Source of the DNA: an uncultured Candidatus Sumerlaeota bacterium
GTDB lineage: Bacteria > CAYMEV01
DNA length: 64,000 nucleotides
Direction of reading: 5' to 3'
Assembly: GCA_964389675.1 (NCBI GenBank)
Contig: CAYMEV010000015.1
Span: 1-64,000, forward strand
A program made the translations under genes and the position numbers. Under the pieces are notes generated by a model. That model was not told the origin of the DNA and did no database searches. It worked only from the letters and a program-made list of their open reading frames with translations. Below are positions 18,333 to 28,089 of this stretch, piece by piece. Every line of letters begins with the position of its first letter. Positions within the stretch are counted from its first letter, which is position 1.

Positions 18333-21305
18333 TTAATCCAGATATTCAAAATCTATTTTTTCTACCGGCTTCTTTTGATATGAGATAGGTTTCAGCAGCG
18401 GATCGATTTCAATGAAAATGGTTGTATTATCATCATCAATCTTAAATTTTCTTTCAAGGTTAATATCATCATATGATACTATGAATGAAAAGGCCATTTT
18501 TGGCAGAATAAAGCTTGCATATCCGTTATAATTGGTAAATTTTGTGATATTCAGTTCCCTTACCATTACCTCGGCCCCCTCCAGATACTGGTTTTTTCTG
18601 GTTACATAAACCTCCACATAGAGCTCTTTTGAAAAATCCAGCAGTATTTCGCTTATCTCATTCTTTTTAATATTTACCGGTTCTTTCATTCTAAAATCAC
18701 CAATTTCCCTTTCCTCATCCATGACTTCATCATATCTGGTAAGCATGCCGCGGAACAGGGCCTGGTAATCTCCGACAACAAGGCGCGTAAAAAGGACCTC
18801 CCCCATGTCAAGGGTTGCTATTCTCTTAGTGGGGCTTAATGTAACATTCATGGGAATTCTACGATTAGCGGGGAAAATTATCTTTATTCTCAATGCCCCG
18901 TAACCCCTCTTTATTGCCTTATATTTCAGGTAACCATATACTCCTCCGCTAAAAAAGGCTGCCACAGCAAAGATTATTCCAGCATAAAGCAGTATAACAC
19001 TTTTCTGGTAGGCTACTGCGATCGGAACAGCAAATTTCTCTGGAGATTGCATTCCCCGCCTGTAAAAGTGTATATTTGAAAGAATATTTCCCTGCTTGTA
19101 TGCCTCTGAATCATCCTGAGGAGTATTTGTCAAATCTATAAAAATTATCCCGTCGGATTTTAAGTGGGATATAAATTTATTCAAGGAATTATATGATACA
19201 AAGGATGCAGAATATATATCAACATTGCTGTTATTGATATATTTAACCGTATTTTCAATAGATTTGATCCTCAGTCTGGCTGAAATTATCTCTATAAGGA
19301 AACTCTGAAGGGATTTCTTATCGTACTTTTTGCCTCTCAGATCAAGGACAGCAGTATTTAGTGCCCCCTTTTCCGGCATTGCTATAACAAGGCTGTATTC
19401 ATCACCATGCTGCAGCTGCAGATCATCGAACAGCCCGCTAATGGCCAGATAGGTCTTAACCCCCGGATTATCAATCTTGATATTTCTATTTAGCATGAAG
19501 GCTTTCTTAAGATACTTGATTCCGGATTCGTACTGGCACCTATCAAAGGCCATTATACCCCTGATATAGAAATATTCATAATTATCATTCATCTTGTCTT
19601 CAATGCTTTTAAGTATCTTTATCGCTTTTTCATAGTCCTTCTGGTAATAGAAGATCTTTGCCTCCGAAAAAATAAATTCAGGATTCTCCGGCTCAATTTC
19701 CAGACCTTTACGAACAGCACCCATTGCGCTTTTTAATCTATTTTGCAGCAGGTAGATTGAAACCATGTTAATTAACATATCAGGTTCGTAAAATTCCATT
19801 TCCTCTGCTTTTTGATAATGATCTATTGCCTGGTCATAATCTGCAAGGCTGTAATATAGATTGCCCATCTCATAATAATATAAAGGGTCATCTTTATTTA
19901 TTTCGTGTACTTTTCTGTAATACTCCTTTGCTTTTTCAAACTCATTCCTCCTTTTATAAAGGTTGCCTAGAGTAATATAGATATTGTTAAGCCTTTCATC
20001 GCCTGCATCACTGTACACTTCAGCCAGCTTTCCGTACACATTCACGTTTTCAGGATCATATTTGACTATTGTGTTATAAAAATATGCCGCATTGCTGTAG
20101 TCCTTTTTGCACACATATATGTCACCGAGAAGCTCCAGGCTGGTAATGCTGTTTTTTTCTTTCGAGATTATCCCGCTAAGGATGTTGATAGCCTTATCAT
20201 AATCCTTTTTGAGATAGTATATAAATGCAATCCTGTTTTGAATTTCAGCATTATCCCCGCTTAATGAAAGAAGTGCCCTCAGCTTTGACAATGCATTATC
20301 ATAATCACCCTGCTTTGTATATGCATCCGATATACATGACAATGCTTCATTATTTTCAGGCTGAATAGATAATATCCTGTCAAGAACCTGTATGGAGGTA
20401 CTGGTTTCATTAAGCTTGAGATAGCTTTTCCCCAGCCTGAGAAGAATATCAACATTACGGTCATTATCCTCTAATATGCTTTTATATATATTTATGGCGC
20501 TTTCATAATTATCAGCCTCAAAATATAGATCACCCTCTTTAAGATTAAACTCTTTAACATCACCAAAAACACTTTTGCCGTCCTGTATCACCTGCAGAGC
20601 CTTTGTAAAGTCCCCATGTATCATATAAAGGTCTATAAGCTTCATGTAGTTATCTTTGTTCAGCCTGGAAAATTTTATAGAATCAGTATAGAATCTTTCC
20701 AGGTTCCTGAATACATTCCTGTAAAGCGACATAAGCAAAGAAAAGCTGCCGTCAGCAAGGACTCCTTTTGCCAGTGTGTCAAATAATTGGAGGTTTTCAA
20801 CGCTTTTCATCATTTCAAGAGCATCTCCATAATATATAAGAGCATTAAGTGATTCTGTAGATACCTTTATATGGTTTGAATACTGCTCTCTTGTAGGTTT
20901 CAGTTTTAAAGCCTCGATTACTATCTGAAGAAAATCTTTCTGAACCTCATAAAAAACATTGCTTTTCTTTTCAAGGCTTGCCTTGCTTCTCAGGTTACCG
21001 TGTATAATTTCTATATATGCTGTAAATTCCCCATCGCTTTCAGCCAGGCTTATGGTAATATTGATGTCAAAATCTTCATCCATAACACTCTGGAAATAGG
21101 GAAGCTTGAGAAGGCTGGTTTTGAAAATCTCAAACACCGCCTTATCGATATTTTTATACCTTTGTGTAGATATGCTTGATTCATCAAGCTTAAAATATAC
21201 ATTATAATAGCCTTTACCAGATTCACCACCTGCCATGTCAGCTGGCATGAACAGCATTAGAAAAACTGAAATGAACAGAATAAAAGCTTTATTAGCAAAA
21301 GGCAT
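18333..21305 (-). CDS. Signal-peptide TPR protein with a late TM helix and C-terminal tandem beta-sandwich domains
   Basis: N-terminal hydrophobic signal, about 11 TPRs, TM segment VILLYAGIIFAVAAFFSGGVYGYL followed by KYKAIKR, then a beta-rich C-terminus of about 190 aa. Confidence 0.8.
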   Translation of the reverse strand: MPFANKAFILFISVFLMLFMPADMAGGESGKGYYNVYFKLDESSISTQRYKNIDKAVFEIFKTSLLKLPYFQSVMDEDFDINITISLAESDGEFTAYIEIIHGNLRSKASLEKKSNVFYEVQKDFLQIVIEALKLKPTREQYSNHIKVSTESLNALIYYGDALEMMKSVENLQLFDTLAKGVLADGSFSLLMSLYRNVFRNLERFYTDSIKFSRLNKDNYMKLIDLYMIHGDFTKALQVIQDGKSVFGDVKEFNLKEGDLYFEADNYESAINIYKSILEDNDRNVDILLRLGKSYLKLNETSTSIQVLDRILSIQPENNEALSCISDAYTKQGDYDNALSKLRALLSLSGDNAEIQNRIAFIYYLKKDYDKAINILSGIISKEKNSITSLELLGDIYVCKKDYSNAAYFYNTIVKYDPENVNVYGKLAEVYSDAGDERLNNIYITLGNLYKRRNEFEKAKEYYRKVHEINKDDPLYYYEMGNLYYSLADYDQAIDHYQKAEEMEFYEPDMLINMVSIYLLQNRLKSAMGAVRKGLEIEPENPEFIFSEAKIFYYQKDYEKAIKILKSIEDKMNDNYEYFYIRGIMAFDRCQYESGIKYLKKAFMLNRNIKIDNPGVKTYLAISGLFDDLQLQHGDEYSLVIAMPEKGALNTAVLDLRGKKYDKKSLQSFLIEIISARLRIKSIENTVKYINNSNVDIYSASFVSYNSLNKFISHLKSDGIIFIDLTNTPQDDSEAYKQGNILSNIHFYRRGMQSPEKFAVPIAVAYQKSVILLYAGIIFAVAAFFSGGVYGYLKYKAIKRGYGALRIKIIFPANRRIPMNVTLSPTKRIATLDMGEVLFTRLVVGDYQALFRGMLTRYDEVMDEEREIGDFRMKEPVNIKKNEISEILLDFSKELYVEVYVTRKNQYLEGAEVMVRELNITKFTNYNGYASFILPKMAFSFIVSYDDINLERKFKIDDDNTTIFIEIDPLLKPISYQKKPVEKIDFEYLD

Positions 21306-21340
21306 TTTTCACCCGTACCATTTAAAGAAATTACCTGTAT

Positions 21341-21370
21341 ATTCTAATCTAAAAACCTGATAGATGTCAA
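21341..21370 (-). promoter_or_regulatory. Sigma70-type promoter for the TPR-TPR-PilB operon
   Basis: Minus strand TTGACA-N18-TAGAAT, 35 nt upstream of the 21305 start. Confidence 0.55.
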
Positions 21371-21466
21371 TATTCTAATCATTATACAGTGTTTTTAACA
21401 ATTATTTTTCAATTTATTGAATTATAATTAGATGATCGGATAATGCAAAAATAAAATAGCCTGCTT

Positions 21467-21500
21467 AAAAAGAAACCGGCAGGAGATTTTCTCCTGCCGG
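21467..21500 (-). terminator. Rho-independent terminator downstream of the perR-rbr-dfx-ferritin operon
   Basis: Perfect 11-bp stem CCGGCAGGAGA/TCTCCTGCCGG (21476-21500) followed on the minus strand by TTTCTTTTT. Confidence 0.88.
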
Positions 21501-21644
21501 GAGATATTATTTTTCTGCTGACTTATGGCTTTCTCCAGTATTCTTGCTTTACAGGATGTTCTGCCATCTTAAATATGGGTATTCTATTTCCTAAAAAAGC
21601 ATCTTTCAGCTAAAAGCTGGCATTAGAACCTGTTAGGATCTCTG

Positions 21645-22130
21645 CTATTGCCTTTTCGCAAGATGAGAATCAATCATAAACATGCCATTAGGGCTCTTCT
21701 GAACCATCTTCATCTTCTGAACGATTTCATCAACAGATGCTTCTTCTTCTACCTGCTCATCTACAAACCACTGCAGAAAACTGAAAGTAGCATGGTCTTT
21801 TGCCTTTATGCTTGCATCAACTATAGTGTTTATCATATTGGTGACCTTTTTTTCATGCTCATATGCTTCTTCAAATATTGAGATCACTGACTTCCATTCT
21901 GTTTTAGGGGCTTCAATTGCTGTAAGAACCACTCTTTCACCACGATCATAAATATAATCATAGATCTTTTTTGCATGGGAAAGCTCTTCCTGGTACTGGA
22001 TCTCCATCCAGCTTGCGCACCCGTCATAATTCTGATCTCTCAGATATGAAGCCATTGAAAGGTATAGATATGCTGAATAAATTTCTGCATTTATCTGCTT
22101 ATTTAATAGTTCAAGTATTTTTTTGTCCAT
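21645..22130 (-). CDS. ftnA: Non-heme ferritin
   Basis: LNKQINAEIYSAYLYLSMA, EELSHA, EHEKKVT, FLQWFVDEQVEEE. True start likely ATG 22130, just after the dfx stop. Confidence 0.93.
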   Translation of the reverse strand: MDKKILELLNKQINAEIYSAYLYLSMASYLRDQNYDGCASWMEIQYQEELSHAKKIYDYIYDRGERVVLTAIEAPKTEWKSVISIFEEAYEHEKKVTNMINTIVDASIKAKDHATFSFLQWFVDEQVEEEASVDEIVQKMKMVQKSPNGMFMIDSHLAKRQ

Positions 22131-22132
22131 AT

Positions 22133-22507
22133 CTATGCCTTCCATAATCCATGTACATTACAGTATTCTCTTGCAGTAATCTGGTCTGCGTCGATATTGA
22201 AAACTGCTTCAGGCTTCACCCCGGGTTTTAGAAAAACCCTGTAGGCCCTGTTGTCTGCAATAACCTGAATCCATTCGATATAATGCTTCTCCTCCATTGG
22301 GTGGTCAACACTTCCGACCTTTACCCTGAAGCCTCCTTCAATCTTTTCGATAACGGGTACATGCTTCTCTTTCGCCGCATCTACAGTATTTTCATTATAC
22401 AGTTTCATCGGCTGGCCGCAGCATATAAGTTCTCCTTTGCCTTCATGCAGCATTTCGACAATATTGCCGCATATTTCACATTTGTAGATCTGCATTTTCT
22501 TAGTCAT
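22133..22507 (-). CDS. dfx: Desulfoferrodoxin (2Fe superoxide reductase)
   Basis: YKCEICGN...LICCGQPM (center I); [17 protein letters not shown] and EYCNVHGLW (center II). Confidence 0.95.
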   Translation of the reverse strand: MTKKMQIYKCEICGNIVEMLHEGKGELICCGQPMKLYNENTVDAAKEKHVPVIEKIEGGFRVKVGSVDHPMEEKHYIEWIQVIADNRAYRVFLKPGVKPEAVFNIDADQITAREYCNVHGLWKA

Positions 22508-22525
22508 AATAATTTCCTCCTTTTA

Positions 22526-23101
22526 TTACCAGTTTTCTCCTAGTATTTCAAAATATGCAATTGGATGGGCACATGCAGGACATAATTCTGGAGCCTTTTT
22601 CCCCTTATGTATATACCCGCAGTTCAAGCATCTCCAGGTTATCTCCTCTTCTTTTTCAAAAACAGCACCCCTTTCCAGGTTTTCCTTCAGCTTCCGAAAC
22701 CTTCTTTCATGCTGTCTCTCTGCTATTGAAACAGCATCAAATAATCTTGCAATGGCCGGAAATCCCTCATCCAGCGCTGTTTTTGCAAATGACGGATAAA
22801 GCACGCTGTATTCATGATGTTCACCATCTGCAGCCTGTTTAAGATTATTAATGGTTTCTGATATTGTTCCCGCAGGAAAAGATGCGGTTATTTCCGTTTC
22901 ACCTCCCTCAAGAAAGCTGAAAAAGCGCTTTGCATGCTCTTTTTCCTGGTTGGCTGTCTCTTCAAATATCATGGATATCTGCACATAACCTTCTTTCCTG
23001 GCTTTGGATGCAAAATAGGAGTATCTGTTTCTCGCCTGTGATTCTCCTGCAAATGATATTAGCAGATTTTTCTCTGTTTTTGTCCCTTTTATTTCGGCCA
23101 T
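22526..23101 (-). CDS. rbr: Rubrerythrin
   Basis: GTKTEKNL, FAGESQARNRY, EKEHA, ERQHE, and C-terminal WRCLNCGY...CPACAHP. Confidence 0.95.
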   Translation of the reverse strand: MAEIKGTKTEKNLLISFAGESQARNRYSYFASKARKEGYVQISMIFEETANQEKEHAKRFFSFLEGGETEITASFPAGTISETINNLKQAADGEHHEYSVLYPSFAKTALDEGFPAIARLFDAVSIAERQHERRFRKLKENLERGAVFEKEEEITWRCLNCGYIHKGKKAPELCPACAHPIAYFEILGENW

Positions 23102-23112
23102 TCATTCCTCCT

Positions 23113-23505
23113 TTATGATTTATTCAATATCCTGTAGCATTTCATGCAAATGCCTGTATATTCAATATTGCATTGAATCTCTTTAAACCCTGTTGTCTCT
23201 GTTATCCGCCTGAGAAGAGGATTCGCTGTATCACACGGTATATCCTGCAGGTGGTCACAATATATACACCTGATATGGTAATGCTTTTCTGTATTTCCAT
23301 CATATCTCCTCTGGGAATATCCAAAATCGAGCTTTTTTATGAGCCCCTTTCTTTCCAGGAAGTTCAGATTTCTATATACGGTTCCCAGACTAATATGAGG
23401 AAGGTCAACCCTTAGTTTCTCAAAGATTTCAATAGCTGTAGGATGATCAGATGAATTTCTAAGTATGTCCAGAATATAATCCCTGTTTATGCTCTTTCTA
23501 TCCAT
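23113..23505 (-). CDS. Fur-family transcriptional repressor (PerR-like)
   Basis: HPTA, ISLGTVYRNL, HYHIRCIYC and CMKC motifs. First gene of the rbr-dfx-ferritin operon. Confidence 0.9.
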   Translation of the reverse strand: MDRKSINRDYILDILRNSSDHPTAIEIFEKLRVDLPHISLGTVYRNLNFLERKGLIKKLDFGYSQRRYDGNTEKHYHIRCIYCDHLQDIPCDTANPLLRRITETTGFKEIQCNIEYTGICMKCYRILNKS

Positions 23506-23522
23506 TTTACCCTCAACAAACT

Positions 23523-23541
23523 AATAATGATTCCCATTATT
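23523..23541. promoter_or_regulatory. Fur/PerR-type operator
   Basis: 19-bp inverted repeat AATAATG-N5-CATTATT. The minus strand reads AATAATGGGAATCATTATT, 15/19 to the classical Fur box GATAATGATAATCATTATC. Confidence 0.75.
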
Positions 23542-23564
23542 GATTAAAATTCCATCAATGTCAA
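23536..23564 (-). promoter_or_regulatory. Sigma70-type promoter of the perR operon
   Basis: Minus strand TTGACA-N17-AATAAT; the -10 overlaps the Fur-type box. Confidence 0.6.
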
Positions 23565-23587
23565 CAAAAATATTAGCTGAACCAATA

Positions 23588-26500
23588 CTACGGTTCATCT
23601 CTTTTTAGGTCATACTCATCCAGATAATATGAAATTTCCGCAGCTTTATTTATTTTTGAAAGAATTCCTATGAGCTTTTCAGCAGTATGCAGGGTTACTT
23701 TATGCTTTTTGCCGAATTTAAGTTCATTAATCCGTAAAGCCTCCTTCAAACAGGACAGGGCTTTTTGATTTTCTTCCATCTCTTCATAGGCTGAGGCAAG
23801 ATTGGAAAGCGATATGGCGATATTTGGATGGTCTTTGCCTAAGGCAGCTGATAATGTCTTGAAGGCCTTTTTATAGAATTTAACTGCATTGAGAAACTCC
23901 CTCTTTCCGAAATATGCATCGCCAATACTGTCGTATGATTCACCAATTGAGTGGTGATTACCATCAAAAAGCCTTCTCCTTATCTCCAGCGCTTTCTGAA
24001 AGGAGTCGACAGCCCTGTCATAATCCCCTTTGCTGTTGAAAATATATCCGATTGAATTAAGGCAGTAAGATACTCTCAGGTTATTATTACCAAAAAATGA
24101 GATATATATCTTTAATGCTCTGTTGTAGTACCATAATGCCTTTTCATATTGATCCTTTTCAAAATGGATAAGCCCTATATTCATATAAGAATCTGCAGTC
24201 TGTTCATGGTCTTCACCGTATATTTCCCTTCTCATGCTTAAGGACTTATTATAATATCTCAAAGCCTTATCATAGTTCTTTGTCTTATAGTAAAGCACTC
24301 CAATATTATTTAATGCTTTTGCAATATTTAGATTAAACCTTTTATAAAAGGTCCTCTGAATTCTCAGGACTTTCTTGAAATATCTCAGTGAATCATCATA
24401 CCTGCCCTTATGAAGCAGGACTGTAGCAATATTAATATAATAACTGCACAGCTCTATATTGTTCCTGCCTGAATGCCTTCTTTTAATCTCAAATGCTCTG
24501 CTGTAATAATCCAGAGCTGTTTCAAACTCTCCGCACAGGAAATATACATTACCAAGACAGTTTAACGGGGCAGTAACCTCAAGAGAGTCCTCTCCGTGTA
24601 TATTCTCAAAAATTGCCAGGGATTGGTCAAAATAGTTCTTTGCACGGGAATAATCTCCTTTTGCAAAGAAAACATCGCCTAAAAACATCAGGATTCTTGG
24701 TTTTTGCCCTTCTGTATTGCCTGGGCTTTTTTGTTTCTGCTCAATACTCATTGCTTCATCGAGATAAGAGAACACCTTTGAGTATTGACCGGCCTGCAGG
24801 TATACATAGGCTTTATCCACAATCAGCTTGACATATCTGCTGTTATAGATTCCACTGTTTCTTTTTATTATGCTGATTGCCTTATCATAGCAGTCTAAGG
24901 ATGCTGTAAATCTGCTTTCGTCAAAGAATACCCCACCCATAATTTCTAAAACTTTTGAGGTCTCTTCGCTCTCTGCCCCATGGTACTCATTTGAAAGTGA
25001 CAATGCCCTGTTCAGGCGGTTTAGCACTATATCTGCATCCTTTGATCTGTTCTTAATAAAATTTGCGCTCCTGATCAGATAGAATACAGCTTTTCCAGCA
25101 TCCGATGCGCAGTCATAATGATAGGCTATCTCATCTGCATACCTGTCGAGATTATTGCTGAATATTCTCTCAAACCGTGAAGCGACATATTTATGATATT
25201 CTCTGCTATTTTTCATATTATTAATTATTATATCCCTGATAATTGTATTAGCAATGCGATACATGATCTTCAGTTCATGAATCTCTGAAACCCGCTCTGA
25301 ACTGATTAATTCATATTTTTCCAGCTCAAAAATCATCTTTCCGGCATAATCCCTGCTGAATTTGTCAAACAACATGCATATATCATTAAAGGACAGAGGA
25401 ATCCTTATCACTGCAAATATCCCAAGAAAAAAACCGAAGTTGCCCCTTTCCAAAAAATAATTTACTCTATTTATTGTAATATCGCCAATATTCTCCGGCA
25501 GCCTGATCTCCCTCACATCAACATTCTGTCCCCATCCTTCCATTTTTCTGTCAATAATGCCGCTCTTTATTGCAAATTTTATAAATTCGCTGAGAAAAAG
25601 CGGGTTGCCACCTGATATATTAGAAAATTCACTTATATTTGCCTTAATTGACCTCTCAATTCTGTTCTTCCCAAAAACATTATTGAAATATTCCTTAATG
25701 TCCCTTTTATTGAATGGTCTAAGCCCTAATATGGATATTGCATTCATTGACTCAAGCTCACTTATTTTATCTTCTATCAGTGATAAATCCTCATTTCTTG
25801 CACTGGCAAACAGCTTTAAGCTGTTTCTTTGACTCCTCAGGACATATAGTATTTTAATAATAATCTCGAGGCTCTGTTTATCTGCCCATTGCAAATTATT
25901 GATATATATAAGCGCTTTATTATCTAATTGAGAACCAGATTCCAATAAAAGGTTTACAATTGACTGCAGCAGTATTTCATAAGAACTCCGGCTATCCCTG
26001 GCATAATCGTATTCAGATGCAGTGGATGCGCTGTATATGCCCAGTTTCTCAATATATTTCCGGTATTTATCCTCTAATGCAGGACTGATAAACTGAATCA
26101 GCTGCATAATGATCTGGTTAACTGTATAGAAAGGGCTTTTTACATCCTTAGAGCAGTCTGATTCAAAAAAATATATATTTTCCAGCATGCAATATTTCTT
26201 TATTTCTTTATATACCATGCTCTTTCCCATTCCCTGGTTTGAAACCAGAAGAAAAATACTGCTCTTTCCTTCATCTGAGTGAATCCTTTCCCTTATTATG
26301 CCGAGCTCCTTTTTTCTGTCTGTAAAGCTAACTCCTAAAACATATGCATCCTTTGTTTCATCTGTCTCAAGACTATAAGAAAAACCCAGTTTTTCATTTA
26401 TATCGGAAATTATGTGCATGCAGGATTTATACCTTCGGTCAGGATCATAAGCAGTCATTTTTGAAACAATACTGCATAACTCTTCAGGAATGATCTCTTT

Positions 26501-27268
26501 CAGTGCCCGTTTTTGGATTTTTATGAACTGAGCGTGATCGGAGAGAATGTCAAGGATCTGGCTGATACTGGCTGTTTCTGAATAAATAGTCCTTTTTGTA
26601 AGCATCTCCAGAAATACTATTCCCAGAGAATAGATGTCAATTCTATAATCCCCTGATTTTAGTAAAACTTCAGGTGCAATATACGATATTGAGCCCTTCA
26701 CTTTGCTGTGATCCACAGCTCCAATGTCTGATATGCCAAAATCCATGAACTTTGCCCTTCCATTGCATATAATAATATTTGAAGGCTTTATATCCCTGTA
26801 AATAATATCCCTGCTGTGAATAAACTCCAGACCCCTTAAAAGTTCGACAATAATATCTAAAGATTTATTGCTGTCCATCTTATCCTGCTTCGAGATGATG
26901 CTTTTCAGGCTGCTGCCGCTGAGGTACTCCATGGTTATATAATAGCAGGCATTTTCTTTATCATAGCCAAAGAGGTAGACATCTACCAGGTTTGGGTGCT
27001 TAAGCTTTGTCATGATCTCAAATTCCTTCTTAAACACCCTCAGCACATCTCTGTTGTTTATTATTTCAGGCCTTATGGTTTTCAGCGCTATTACAGCATT
27101 GCCTTTCAGGTTATCAAGTGCCTTGTAAACGACACCCATACCTCCTTCACCGACAATGCTCTGAATAATATATCTTTTGTTTATTACTGAATTTTCATTA
27201 TAGTATCTTCTTCTCTTTGGTTCCATCTGCTTCAATTCCTCGGCCAATGCAGGCATTTCCTGTTTCAA
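23588..27268 (-). CDS. Ser/Thr kinase - AAA/STAND-like NTPase - TPR protein
   Basis: Kinase GEGGMGVV, ALK, YRDIKPSN, DFG, APE. P-loop NQGMGKS and INNLQWAD. C-terminal 42-aa kinesin-light-chain-like TPRs. Exact start uncertain. Confidence 0.88.
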   Translation of the reverse strand: MKQEMPALAEELKQMEPKRRRYYNENSVINKRYIIQSIVGEGGMGVVYKALDNLKGNAVIALKTIRPEIINNRDVLRVFKKEFEIMTKLKHPNLVDVYLFGYDKENACYYITMEYLSGSSLKSIISKQDKMDSNKSLDIIVELLRGLEFIHSRDIIYRDIKPSNIIICNGRAKFMDFGISDIGAVDHSKVKGSISYIAPEVLLKSGDYRIDIYSLGIVFLEMLTKRTIYSETASISQILDILSDHAQFIKIQKRALKEIIPEELCSIVSKMTAYDPDRRYKSCMHIISDINEKLGFSYSLETDETKDAYVLGVSFTDRKKELGIIRERIHSDEGKSSIFLLVSNQGMGKSMVYKEIKKYCMLENIYFFESDCSKDVKSPFYTVNQIIMQLIQFISPALEDKYRKYIEKLGIYSASTASEYDYARDSRSSYEILLQSIVNLLLESGSQLDNKALIYINNLQWADKQSLEIIIKILYVLRSQRNSLKLFASARNEDLSLIEDKISELESMNAISILGLRPFNKRDIKEYFNNVFGKNRIERSIKANISEFSNISGGNPLFLSEFIKFAIKSGIIDRKMEGWGQNVDVREIRLPENIGDITINRVNYFLERGNFGFFLGIFAVIRIPLSFNDICMLFDKFSRDYAGKMIFELEKYELISSERVSEIHELKIMYRIANTIIRDIIINNMKNSREYHKYVASRFERIFSNNLDRYADEIAYHYDCASDAGKAVFYLIRSANFIKNRSKDADIVLNRLNRALSLSNEYHGAESEETSKVLEIMGGVFFDESRFTASLDCYDKAISIIKRNSGIYNSRYVKLIVDKAYVYLQAGQYSKVFSYLDEAMSIEQKQKSPGNTEGQKPRILMFLGDVFFAKGDYSRAKNYFDQSLAIFENIHGEDSLEVTAPLNCLGNVYFLCGEFETALDYYSRAFEIKRRHSGRNNIELCSYYINIATVLLHKGRYDDSLRYFKKVLRIQRTFYKRFNLNIAKALNNIGVLYYKTKNYDKALRYYNKSLSMRREIYGEDHEQTADSYMNIGLIHFEKDQYEKALWYYNRALKIYISFFGNNNLRVSYCLNSIGYIFNSKGDYDRAVDSFQKALEIRRRLFDGNHHSIGESYDSIGDAYFGKREFLNAVKFYKKAFKTLSAALGKDHPNIAISLSNLASAYEEMEENQKALSCLKEALRINELKFGKKHKVTLHTAEKLIGILSKINKAAEISYYLDEYDLKRDEP

Positions 27269-27441
27269 TTGGGGACATTCATACTGTAATCAAGTGATGA
27301 ATTTATAACTTGAAAAGGAATAAGCAGAATATTGAAATTTAAAATTTCAGTAATAAGAAAAATAAATATAAAGGTTTGCAATATCCGCTTTCCCTTTTAT
27401 TTTGTGAAAAGCCGCTGGATATCTATATTCAAAAAAATAGT

Positions 27442-28077
27442 CTAGTTTATAAAATGTATATTAACAGCTTTGATATCCCAAAGAGGCTCAAGCCTTTCAA
27501 CAATCTCCTCCTTCAGGTTCGCGGCAAACTGGTGATTATCCGGCATATTCAGGCTTATATCAATAATGCCTTCATTAAATAAAATATCTGAGACCAGGTC
27601 TCCAGAAAGCACATCCTTGCCTGTTATCGGATTTATTACTCTCTTAAGCCTTTCCCTGATTACTCCTGCATCGGTTGGCAGCCTGTCCTTTATCAGGCCA
27701 TGCTGCATCTCGTAGTTTTCAATAGCTGTTCTGAGCGCTTCCGTGGACAGAACAGCACAATGAACCTTTACCGGAGGCAGACCGCCCAGATTCTTCAGTA
27801 TATCTTCCCATGATATCTTTTTGGCTTCATCGAGTGTTTTATTCTTGGCAAGCTCTGTTACCACCGAAGAGGCGGCAATATTTGATGCACAGCCAAATGA
27901 TCTGAACTTGATATCCTTTATTATAAGAGTATCCTTATCAACCTTGATATAAAGCTTTATCATGTCACCGCATGCTGGAGACCCTTCAGTTGCAGTAGCA
28001 TCAGCATCCTTGATCTCACCAACATTTTTAGGGTTGAGAAAATTTTCAATAGTCTTCTTTGAATAAGGTAAACTCAT
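27442..28077 (-). CDS. IscU/NifU-N Fe-S scaffold fused to a C-terminal DUF59-like domain
   Basis: NPKNVG, PACGD, FGCAS and KVHC (three scaffold Cys). C-terminal RLKRVINPITGKDV...LVSDI resembles FeS_assembly_P. Confidence 0.85.
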   Translation of the reverse strand: MSLPYSKKTIENFLNPKNVGEIKDADATATEGSPACGDMIKLYIKVDKDTLIIKDIKFRSFGCASNIAASSVVTELAKNKTLDEAKKISWEDILKNLGGLPPVKVHCAVLSTEALRTAIENYEMQHGLIKDRLPTDAGVIRERLKRVINPITGKDVLSGDLVSDILFNEGIIDISLNMPDNHQFAANLKEEIVERLEPLWDIKAVNIHFIN

Positions 28078-28089
28078 CTTATTATACTC

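Noticed and set aside
27333-27349. Palindrome TGAAATTT-A-AAATTTCA upstream of the kinase gene
   Set aside because: Almost all A/T in an AT-rich intergenic region, with no second copy noticed; may be chance.
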